A stretch of DNA of 64,000 nt from Candidatus Nealsonbacteria bacterium (lineage in GTDB: Bacteria > Patescibacteriota > Minisyncoccia > Minisyncoccales > CSSED10-335). Positions 39,989 to 47,789 of this stretch are shown piece after piece; the stretch's first letter is position 1, and every line of letters starts with the position of its first letter. The notes beneath the pieces were generated by a model that did not search any database, was not told the origin of the DNA, and saw only the letters and a list, made by a program, of their open reading frames with translations. The position numbers and the translations under genes were made by a program. The stretch is taken from contig JAHXGM010000001.1 of NCBI GenBank assembly GCA_019923605.1, positions 398-64,397 on the forward strand, given 5' to 3'.

Positions 39989-40017
39989 TTGACAAAAGGC
40001 TTCCCTTTAGCTATTAT
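39989..40017 (+). promoter_or_regulatory. sigma70 promoter for secE-nusG-rplK, predicted leaderless
   Basis: TTGACA-N17-TATTAT; predicted +1 coincides with the A of ATG at 40024. Confidence 0.7.
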
Positions 40018-40023
40018 CGACAT

Positions 40024-40224
40024 ATGGAAAAAAAAGGATTAATTATTAAGATTCGGACTTTTTTTAAGGAGGTTCGTCAAGAAACAAGAAAGGTTAACTG
40101 GCCTACCAAAAAAGAGGCAACTAGGTATACTTTTATTGTTATCGGTATTTCGGTAGCGGTGGCTGTGATTCTCGGAGGAATTGACTTTGTTTTCGTGTCA
40201 ATACTAAGGAATCTTGTATTTTAA
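40024..40224 (+). CDS. secE: Preprotein translocase SecE
   Basis: FFKEVRQETRKVNWP plus a single TM. Confidence 0.96.
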   Translation: MEKKGLIIKIRTFFKEVRQETRKVNWPTKKEATRYTFIVIGISVAVAVILGGIDFVFVSILRNLVF

Positions 40225-40226
40225 TT

Positions 40227-40772
40227 ATGTCAAAACAAAAATTATCACAACAAAAGAGATGGTATGTAATACATACCTATTCCGGATATGAAGAAGCCGT
40301 AGCCAAGAATTTGCGTCAGAGAGTTGAATCTATGGATATAGAGGATAAGATATTTAATATCGTTGTTCCTAAGGAAAAGAAGATTAAGATTAAGAATGGA
40401 AAAAGGAAGACCGTTGAGGAAAAGATCTATCCAGGATATGTTTTAGTTGAGATGATTGTTACCGATGATTCTTGGTATGTTGTTAGGAACACTCCTAATG
40501 TTACTGGTTTTGTGGGTGCTGGAACTACACCCCTTCCGCTTTCTGAAAAAGAAGTTGACCTTTTGAAGAAGAGGATGGGAGCAGATGTAGCTAAATATAA
40601 GATTGATGTTAAGGTAGGGGACATGGTCAAAATAACCGATGGTCCATTCAAAGATTTCGATGGAAAAGTTTCTGAGATTGACCCAGATCGTGGAAAGATA
40701 AAAGTTCTGGTAAATATGTTTGGAAGAGATACACCCGTTGAATTAGATTCATTGCAAATTAAGAAGATTTAA
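40227..40772 (+). CDS. nusG: Transcription factor NusG
   Basis: [34 protein letters not shown]. Confidence 0.99.
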   Translation: MSKQKLSQQKRWYVIHTYSGYEEAVAKNLRQRVESMDIEDKIFNIVVPKEKKIKIKNGKRKTVEEKIYPGYVLVEMIVTDDSWYVVRNTPNVTGFVGAGTTPLPLSEKEVDLLKKRMGADVAKYKIDVKVGDMVKITDGPFKDFDGKVSEIDPDRGKIKVLVNMFGRDTPVELDSLQIKKI

Positions 40773-40777
40773 CTTTT

Positions 40778-41203
40778 ATGGCAAAAAAAATAAACGCAGT
40801 AGTCAAATTACAAATTGCTGCAGGAAAAGCAACTCCTGCGCCTCCAGTTGGTCCATCATTAGCTCAACATGGAATAAATATCGGTGATTTTTGTTCAAAA
40901 TTCAACGACGAAACAAGAGACAAAGAAGGTTTTACAATGCCAGTTGAAGTAACTGTTTTCCAAGACAGAACTTTCACTTTCAAAGTGAAGCAACCACCTG
41001 CATCGGAGCTTTTAAAGAAAGCAGCTGGAATTGAGAAAGGAACTAAGACTCCGGGAAAAGGTAAAGTTGGTAAAATAACTAGAGAACAGCTAAAAGAAGT
41101 TGCTGAGAAGAAAATGCCTGACCTTAATGCTGATGATATTGAAGCAGCTATGAGTATTATACAAGGAACAGCAAAGAACATGGGTATTGATATAGTAGAG
41201 TAG
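40778..41203 (+). CDS. rplK: 50S ribosomal protein L11
   Basis: [24 protein letters not shown]. Confidence 0.99.
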   Translation: MAKKINAVVKLQIAAGKATPAPPVGPSLAQHGINIGDFCSKFNDETRDKEGFTMPVEVTVFQDRTFTFKVKQPPASELLKKAAGIEKGTKTPGKGKVGKITREQLKEVAEKKMPDLNADDIEAAMSIIQGTAKNMGIDIVE

Positions 41204-41229
41204 TTACTCTCTTTCATTAACGATTAATT

Positions 41230-41238
41230 TGTTATCAT
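41230..41238 (+). promoter_or_regulatory. Extended -10 promoter, predicted leaderless
   Basis: TGtTATCAT; ATG 7 nt after the -10 box; no clear -35. Confidence 0.45.
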
Positions 41239-41244
41239 TTTATT

Positions 41245-41847
41245 ATGTCTTCTGATTTTTCGAAAAAATTTCAACATTTTTTTTCAAAGGCGAGCAATAT
41301 TGAACATCGATTTATTCCTGAATATCAAAAACTTGAAGAGATAATAATTGGACTAAAGAAAGAGGGGTATAAAATAGTTTTGACTCAAGGAGTTTATGAC
41401 CTTATTCACGAAGGTCATGCTCTTTATTTAGAGGCCGCTAAATCATATGGAGATGTTCTTGTGGTTGGCGTTGATTCTGATGAATTGACCCGATTAAGAA
41501 AAGGACCTAATCGACCGATAGTTCCTCAAGACGAAAGAATCAAAATGCTTGTTCACCTTCGTCATGTAGATATAGTCACTCTCCGAGAATCAAATCATGG
41601 AAATGGAGACCTTATTAGAACCATAAGGCCAGACGTCCTTATAACCTCAGCTAGTACTTCTGATTTTGCAGATGGACATAAAAAAGAATATAAGGATTAT
41701 TGTAAAGAAATAATAACTCTTCCTCCTCAGGCTGTAATATCTTCAACAGCCAGAATAAGGAATATCAACATAGAAGGTGCAGAGAATCTTGCCTGTGAGA
41801 TAAGAAAGATAACCGAAGAATTTATTGATAAGATTAAAAAAGGATAA
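41245..41847 (+). CDS. HxGH nucleotidyltransferase (cytidylyltransferase-like, RfaE domain II/TagD-like)
   Basis: TQGVYDLIHEGH, VVGVDSD, KGPNRPI..ER, ISST. Confidence 0.88.
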   Translation: MSSDFSKKFQHFFSKASNIEHRFIPEYQKLEEIIIGLKKEGYKIVLTQGVYDLIHEGHALYLEAAKSYGDVLVVGVDSDELTRLRKGPNRPIVPQDERIKMLVHLRHVDIVTLRESNHGNGDLIRTIRPDVLITSASTSDFADGHKKEYKDYCKEIITLPPQAVISSTARIRNINIEGAENLACEIRKITEEFIDKIKKG

Positions 41848-41851
41848 AACA

Positions 41852-42676
41852 ATGAAAGTAATCATTGCTTACATTCCAGCTATACATAGGGGTTATATTG
41901 ATTTCATTAATAAAAACCAGCCCAGCATAATATATTTGTTGGGTCTTGAGCTTGTTCGAGAAGTGCCACGATTAGAAAGAGATATTAGGGCTCTTGAGGC
42001 GTCGGAAGCGGTAAATGCTTTAAAGGGAATTGGATTGTTAGAAGTCTATGAGCTTACAAAAGAAAATATTACGAAATTAGATAATAGTATGGAAATAGTG
42101 ATGCCAGACGAAGATGTTAGTCATCACTTTAAAGAATCATACCTAAAAGAAATTCCTGTTCAATTTGTACCCGTATTTTTAAGATGGGACAAACATAATT
42201 CTTTTAAGAAAGATGTTGTTATATCAGACAATATTATTTCAAGAGAGTTGTTTGATAGAGAAGTTATGAATAGAGCAGTAGCTGAATCGGAAAAGAGTTC
42301 AGATTGGTGGCGTCAAGTTGGATCAGTCCTTGTGAAAGATAGCAAAATTATTTTTACGGGATTTAATAGACCATTACCTTCGGATCAAGTTCATAATATT
42401 TTTGGAGACCCTCGTAGCAACTTTGATTACGGTGTAAGCTTTGAACTTTCTAAATTTATACACGCTGAAGCCGGAATGATCGCTGAAGCAGCGAGGAGGG
42501 GAATTTCTCTTGAAGGGTCATCTATATATATTACGACATTTCCTTGTCCTGCTTGTGCTAAACTAATTACTTCAGCCGGGATTAAAAAAGTTTATTACAA
42601 AGAAGGTTATTCCCTACTTGATGCGGAAGATGTATTGAAATCTTTTAATATAGAGATAATAAAAGTTGAGGATTAA
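41852..42676 (+). CDS. dCMP-deaminase-like enzyme with extra N-terminal degenerate HxGH-like domain
   Basis: C-terminal RQVG, IHAE and PCPACAK zinc motifs; N-terminal IIAYIPAIHRGY; ATG 41852 follows the upstream stop. Confidence 0.85.
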   Translation: MKVIIAYIPAIHRGYIDFINKNQPSIIYLLGLELVREVPRLERDIRALEASEAVNALKGIGLLEVYELTKENITKLDNSMEIVMPDEDVSHHFKESYLKEIPVQFVPVFLRWDKHNSFKKDVVISDNIISRELFDREVMNRAVAESEKSSDWWRQVGSVLVKDSKIIFTGFNRPLPSDQVHNIFGDPRSNFDYGVSFELSKFIHAEAGMIAEAARRGISLEGSSIYITTFPCPACAKLITSAGIKKVYYKEGYSLLDAEDVLKSFNIEIIKVED

Positions 42677-43128
42677 CCAACTCTGGTTAAAATAGGGGGC
42701 TTGTCTTTTTGTTCAGGGTCAGATGATATTAAGTGGGCATGTAGGTGAGTAATTGTTGCTCCGGTAAATTTTGTGTCTCCGAATCTAATAAAAGTAGTTC
42801 CACCTTTTATTTTTAATTCATCTGTTACTTCTGATATAATTTCTTGAAGCTCCGACCATCCTGTCGGAGTTATTTCTTTAATATTATCAATATGTTTTTT
42901 ATGTATGAAGAGGATGTGAAATTTTGCTCCCTCATAAGGGAACATATTATTGGTTGCAAGCCATGAATTTGTTTCTTTGAAAATCGGATTTTTATGGTAT
43001 TTTTTTAAGTGTTCAGCACAGAACGGACAAACCCCATCGTCTTTAATTTGTTTAATGTGGTTTGAATATTTTTCACTTCTATCATTTGGGCGGAGACTAT
43101 TATTTAAATTTACAAAATTTTCATTCAT
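42673..43128 (-). CDS. HIT family nucleotide hydrolase/phosphorylase
   Basis: CPFC, NMFPY, GATITHLHAHL (HxHxH). Confidence 0.88.
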   Translation of the reverse strand: MNENFVNLNNSLRPNDRSEKYSNHIKQIKDDGVCPFCAEHLKKYHKNPIFKETNSWLATNNMFPYEGAKFHILFIHKKHIDNIKEITPTGWSELQEIISEVTDELKIKGGTTFIRFGDTKFTGATITHLHAHLISSDPEQKDKPPILTRVG

Positions 43129-43129
43129 A

Positions 43130-44017
43130 TTATATAGGCGTTGGAATATTCATCTTAGGGTGTGGATCATAATCTTCTAGTGTGAAGTGTTCGGGTCTAA
43201 AGTCAAAGATATTATCAATAGGTGAATTTATTCTAATAGTTGGAAGTTTTCTGGGCTCTCTTGATAGCAGCTCTTTAACTTTATCAAACTGGCTTTCATA
43301 TATATGAGCATCAGAAAAAGTATAAATAATGTCCTTTAGGGTATATCCGGTTAGTTGAGCTACCATGAGGCCAAATGAAGCATACTGGATCATGTTAAAG
43401 GGGACTCCTACTGGGAAATCAGCACTTCTTTGAAAGTGATGAATGGTTAATTCTTTTTTGTCTGGAAAGGCTAGAATATGAATCCATCCATGACAGGGGG
43501 CTACAACCACTTTTCTAGTCCTTTCGCTGTGTTGAATCGTATATTGAGGTATCCAGGGTGATATGAAATGAGTTCGGAGGTAAGGTCTCTCTTTGATTTG
43601 CCGAATAACTTCCTTTATTTGATTGAATGGTTCACCTTCTTTTGTTGGAAAAGCTGCCCAAGCAGCGCCATATGAACCATCTCCAAGGTCACCTTCTTCT
43701 AGGCCGAATATTTCACACTTTTCTTTGGTTACCCATTTTTCCCACCACTTACATCCAAACGATTCAAGTTCTTTTTGAGTCCTTGCGCCATTGAGAAAGG
43801 CGATGTGTTCAGCTAGAGCTCCTTTGAAGAATGATCCTGACAGATCACGTTCTGTTATAACCGGAAATCCATTATCTATATCATAACGTAATTGAATCCC
43901 GGGTATCATTTTTGCTTTTTCTCCATGTATTGGAAGAACATCACGACCATCTCTCATTATTCTTTCCAGCACTTGATGATATTGATTGTCTGGAGTACGA
44001 TCTTTGGGTAATTTCAT
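43130..44017 (-). CDS. thyA: Thymidylate synthase (ThyA family, divergent)
   Basis: APCH, QRSADFPVGVPFN, DAHIY; ATG 44017 (MKLPKDRTPD) preferred. Confidence 0.9.
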   Translation of the reverse strand: MKLPKDRTPDNQYHQVLERIMRDGRDVLPIHGEKAKMIPGIQLRYDIDNGFPVITERDLSGSFFKGALAEHIAFLNGARTQKELESFGCKWWEKWVTKEKCEIFGLEEGDLGDGSYGAAWAAFPTKEGEPFNQIKEVIRQIKERPYLRTHFISPWIPQYTIQHSERTRKVVVAPCHGWIHILAFPDKKELTIHHFQRSADFPVGVPFNMIQYASFGLMVAQLTGYTLKDIIYTFSDAHIYESQFDKVKELLSREPRKLPTIRINSPIDNIFDFRPEHFTLEDYDPHPKMNIPTPI

Positions 44018-44024
44018 TTTTTTA

Positions 44025-44077
44025 TTGATTAAATATATCTCTTGAGATAAAATATCATGGAAAGACAAAAGTGTCAA
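44025..44077. promoter_or_regulatory. Bidirectional promoter with overlapping -10 boxes (thyA / tmk)
   Basis: Plus TTGATT(44025)-N17-TAAAAT(44048-53); minus TTGACA(44077-72)-N17-TATTTT(44054-49) with TG. Confidence 0.6.
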
Positions 44078-44084
44078 ATTAAAC

Positions 44085-44789
44085 ATGAATAAAAAATCTG
44101 GAAAATTTATAGTTTTTGAAGGGCCTGATGGTTCAGGTAAGGCAACTCAAGCTCGTCTTTTAGCAACAGCCCTAAAGAATGAAGGGTATCAGGTTAAAGA
44201 AATAGATTTTCCGCAGTATGGGCACAAGTCCGCCGGTCTTGTGGAAAATTATTTGAGTGGAAACTATGGTTTAGCCGAAGAAGTGGGCCCTTACAGGGCT
44301 TCTATATTTTATGCTTGTGATAGATATGACGCATCTTTTATTCTTAAGAAGTGGATTGAAGAAGGCAATATTGTTATTGCAGATAGATACACTTCATCAA
44401 GTGCTGCTCATCAGGGGGGTAAAATAGGGGATAGTATGGAAAGGAAAAAATATCTTGATTGGCTATATAATCTTGAGTATGGTATCTTTGGAATACCTAA
44501 GCCAGATATTACCTTAATACTTAAAACTTCCGTTGAACTTTCTTATAAGCTTTCACTTAAAAATGAAGAGGATAAAAAAAAGAAGAAAGTTTCTCATCTT
44601 GGTAAAAAGGGGAGAGATATTCACGAAGAAGATTTTAATCATTTAGAGAACGCTTTTAATACTTATCTTTATTTGGCTCGGGAATATCCCAACGATTTTA
44701 AATTAATAGAATGTATTGATAATGGTGAATTAATGCCTGCCTTGGAAATACATAATAAAATTAAAAATATTATAGATAAAGAATTATGA
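44085..44789 (+). CDS. tmk: Thymidylate kinase
   Basis: FIVFEGPDGSGKATQ, IADRY, PKPD, DIHE. Confidence 0.92.
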   Translation: MNKKSGKFIVFEGPDGSGKATQARLLATALKNEGYQVKEIDFPQYGHKSAGLVENYLSGNYGLAEEVGPYRASIFYACDRYDASFILKKWIEEGNIVIADRYTSSSAAHQGGKIGDSMERKKYLDWLYNLEYGIFGIPKPDITLILKTSVELSYKLSLKNEEDKKKKKVSHLGKKGRDIHEEDFNHLENAFNTYLYLAREYPNDFKLIECIDNGELMPALEIHNKIKNIIDKEL

Positions 44790-45274
44790 AAATATCAATT
44801 ATCGCTGCTATAGGAAAAAATAATGTAATTGGAGTTGATAACGGCTTGCCCTGGAATCTTCCGGCTGACATAAATCATTTCAAAAAAATGACCATCAATA
44901 AACCAGTTATTATGGGTCATAAAACATTTGAATCTATTGGAAAGCCATTGCCTAGTCGAGAAAATATAATATTGACCCTAGACAAGGATTTCGCACCAGA
45001 AGGATGTTTGGTGGCTTATTCAATAGAAGAGGCCTTAAAATTGGCAGGAGATGTCAAAGAGGTAATGATTATCGGAGGCGTTTCGATTTATAAGCAGTTT
45101 TTATCTTTTGCCGACAAGATGTATCTCACTTTGATTGATGGAGAGTTTGCGGGAGATGCTTTCTTCCCGGAATTTAATAAAAATGAATGGCAAGAGGTGG
45201 CAAGAGAAGATAATGAAGCGGATGAAATAAATCATTATAACTATTCCTTTATAACACTAGAAAGGAAAAAATAA
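44786..45274 (+). CDS. folA: Dihydrofolate reductase
   Basis: VIGVDNGLPW, IMGHKTFESIGKPLPSR, IIGG, GDAFFP. Confidence 0.97.
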   Translation: MKISIIAAIGKNNVIGVDNGLPWNLPADINHFKKMTINKPVIMGHKTFESIGKPLPSRENIILTLDKDFAPEGCLVAYSIEEALKLAGDVKEVMIIGGVSIYKQFLSFADKMYLTLIDGEFAGDAFFPEFNKNEWQEVAREDNEADEINHYNYSFITLERKK

Positions 45275-45413
45275 ATATTTTAAGACTTAAAAGATGACTC
45301 GAGACTCTTTTTCTTTTTTTTGAAAAATGTTAAAGTTAATAAAAGATTTTTAAAAAATAATCATTGAAATTTAAAACAGGCATATTTGTTTGTGAATAGA
45401 TTTCAAGATCGTT

Positions 45414-46082
45414 ATGTCAAAAATAGCTAAAGCAATAGATCATACGGATATAAGAAAAGAAGCCAAGTTAACTGATATTAAAAAGGCTTGCAATGAGGCT
45501 AAGGAGTATGGTTTCCATGGGGTTTGCGTTAATCCTGAATGGACTAGCCTTGTTAGTAAAGAACTAGAAGGAACAGATGTGAAAACCGTTATATTAATAG
45601 ATCCTCCAATGGGGTTGTCATCACACTCAGAAAGGCTAAAAGTTTGTAATCAGGCCAAAAAAGATGGAGCTGATGAATTAGATATTGTAATGAATATCAT
45701 CGACATGAAGTATGAAAGATATGATAAGATTTTAAAAGACTTAACACCTCTTTGTAAATTACTACCGACCAAAGTAATCATCGGTTCAGGATTCTTAACT
45801 GATGAAGAAATTGAAAAAGCTTCAAAACTAGTTAAAAAGGCTGGTGCTTTTTGCGTTAAAACTGCAACATCAAAGGACCCGTTAGAGAATCGTGAAATGA
45901 AAGAGAAAGCACATCATATCAGATTAATGAAAAAGAATGCGCCTGGGTTAGTGATTAAGGCTTCCGGAAATATTAGAACATTGCAAGATATCAGGAAAAT
46001 GATGAATGCCGGTGCAGACATAGTTGGTACTAAGAGTGGTGTTCAAATAATGAAGGAATTAAATAAAGGAAAAAAGAAGTAA
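45414..46082 (+). CDS. deoC: Deoxyribose-phosphate aldolase-like protein (divergent)
   Basis: IDHT, VCVNP, GADELDIV, VKT Schiff-base Lys, IKAS. Confidence 0.8.
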   Translation: MSKIAKAIDHTDIRKEAKLTDIKKACNEAKEYGFHGVCVNPEWTSLVSKELEGTDVKTVILIDPPMGLSSHSERLKVCNQAKKDGADELDIVMNIIDMKYERYDKILKDLTPLCKLLPTKVIIGSGFLTDEEIEKASKLVKKAGAFCVKTATSKDPLENREMKEKAHHIRLMKKNAPGLVIKASGNIRTLQDIRKMMNAGADIVGTKSGVQIMKELNKGKKK

Positions 46083-46088
46083 TCTATA

Positions 46089-47564
46089 ATGAAATATGAG
46101 CCAACGATCGGTTTGGAAGTGCATATAGAGCTTAATACTAGCTCGAAGATGTTCTGCTCATGCTTCAATGACTCAGAAGCCAAAGAGCCAAACATTAATA
46201 TTTGCCCGGTATGTACTGGACACCCGGGTACTCTTCCGGTTATTAATAAATCCGCCATTGATAAAATAATAAAAACTGGTCTGGCTTTAAATTGCACAAT
46301 ACCAGATTATTCTAATTTTGACAGAAAAAATTATTTCTATCCAGATCTTCCTAAGGGTTATCAGATAAGTCAAAATGAAAACCCATTTTGTCTAAAAGGA
46401 TTTCTTGAGATAGACGGAAAGAGGGTAGGCATTACCAGAATACATCTTGAAGAAGATGCTGGTAAATTAATACATCCTTTGGGTAGCAATCATTCTTTGG
46501 TTGATTTTAATAGAGCGGGAGTTCCATTAATGGAACTAGTAACTGAGCCAGATATTAAGTCTGCGCAAGAGGCAAAGAAATTTGTTGAAGAGCTAAGATT
46601 GATAATGAGATACCTTGGCGTTTCTAATGCTGACATGGAGAAGGGGGAATTAAGAGTTGATGCAAATATATCACTAGCATTACCAGGTGCAGAATTAGGG
46701 ACTAGGGCTGAAATAAAAAACCTTAATTCCTTTAGGTTTATTGAGAGAGCGATTGAATATGAAATAAAAAGACAAGCAGATATTTTAGACGAAGGCGACA
46801 AGATAATACAGCAAACAAGGGGTTGGGATGAAAACAAACAAGAGACTGTTTCTCAAAGAGAAAAGGAGGGATCTCATGATTATAGGTATTTCCCTGAACC
46901 AGACTTACCAGTAATTCATATTAAAAAACCTTTCATCAATTTAGAAATAATTAAATCAGCTATTCCCGAGCTTCCAAGTCAAAGACGCAAGAGATTTAAG
47001 AGTGAGTATGAGCTCACAGACAGAGAGATTGATTATTTGATATTTGATAAGGATTTAGCTAATTATTACGAAAAAGTAACAAGTGAGTTGTTAAACAGGA
47101 TAAAAGAGGTTGATTCAAAAGACGTTTCTGAAAAGAAAGAAGAGTTTAAACTTTATCGTATTGCCGCTAATTATCTTTTAACCGATCTTCAGGGGTTATT
47201 GAATGGGATGAGCGTTGTAAGCGAGGATTTCCTTATAGATCCGGAGAATTTTGCTGAATTCATCTGCATGGTTTATAAGGGCAGTATATCAAGTAGCATC
47301 GCAAAAAAGGTTATTAGGGAAATGTTTGAGACTGGAGGAGATCCATCAAATATCGTTACTGAGAAGGGGTTGACCGAGCTTAAGGATGAGTCTGAGATAG
47401 AGGTTATTATTCAGGAAGTTATATCTTCTAATACAAAGGCAGTTCAGGATTATAAAAATGGAAAAGAAGCTTCTTTTAAGTTTCTTGTTGGTCAGGTTAT
47501 GACTAAGTCAAAGGGTAGGGCAAATCCTCAAGCAGTAGACAATATACTAAAAAAGATTATTTAA
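46089..47564 (+). CDS. gatB: Asp/Glu-tRNA amidotransferase subunit B
   Basis: IGLEVHIEL, YFYPDLPKGYQISQ, HLEEDAG, YRYFPEPDL. Confidence 0.99.
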   Translation: MKYEPTIGLEVHIELNTSSKMFCSCFNDSEAKEPNINICPVCTGHPGTLPVINKSAIDKIIKTGLALNCTIPDYSNFDRKNYFYPDLPKGYQISQNENPFCLKGFLEIDGKRVGITRIHLEEDAGKLIHPLGSNHSLVDFNRAGVPLMELVTEPDIKSAQEAKKFVEELRLIMRYLGVSNADMEKGELRVDANISLALPGAELGTRAEIKNLNSFRFIERAIEYEIKRQADILDEGDKIIQQTRGWDENKQETVSQREKEGSHDYRYFPEPDLPVIHIKKPFINLEIIKSAIPELPSQRRKRFKSEYELTDREIDYLIFDKDLANYYEKVTSELLNRIKEVDSKDVSEKKEEFKLYRIAANYLLTDLQGLLNGMSVVSEDFLIDPENFAEFICMVYKGSISSSIAKKVIREMFETGGDPSNIVTEKGLTELKDESEIEVIIQEVISSNTKAVQDYKNGKEASFKFLVGQVMTKSKGRANPQAVDNILKKII

Positions 47565-47576
47565 TTTTACATACAA

Positions 47577-47603
47577 GAAAACCACCCTTGATGGGTGGTT
47601 TTT
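47577..47603. terminator. Bidirectional intrinsic terminator
   Basis: AAAACCACCC-TTGAT-GGGTGGTTTTT. Confidence 0.85.
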
Positions 47604-47605
47604 GT

Positions 47606-47721
47606 TGATAAAATATCTGGTTAAAAATTCTCTTTTGATAATCTTCCAGAAGGTCTATTTTGCCATTAGTCTGGGGTCGACAAGGCCTGGTGTAAATATG
47701 TTTGATACCTAGTCTTCTCAT
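47606..47721 (-). pseudogene. IS481/IS3-like DDE transposase (rve) remnant, frameshifted
   Basis: Hand translation RRLGIKHIYTRPCRPQTNGKI, frameshift, then FWKIIKREFLTRY. Confidence 0.75.
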
Positions 47722-47789
47722 TTCTTTTTCTTTCTGTTCTGCCCTTTAATGTTCTATAAAATTAAAATATCGCAAATGTAATCTTTTTT

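Noticed and set aside
41245-41847. NTase as an LPS heptose adenylyltransferase (HldC)
   Set aside because: No heptose kinase, gmhA/B or other LPS genes nearby; the context is pyrimidine metabolism, so no gene symbol was assigned
41852-42676. Deaminase as AvcD of the AvcID defence system
   Set aside because: No Walker A/P-loop in the N-domain and no room for an upstream AvcI RNA
43130-44017. ThyA homolog as a phage-type dCMP hydroxymethylase
   Set aside because: The Asn177 equivalent (PFN) is retained rather than Asp, and folA is adjacent, favouring a uracil substrate
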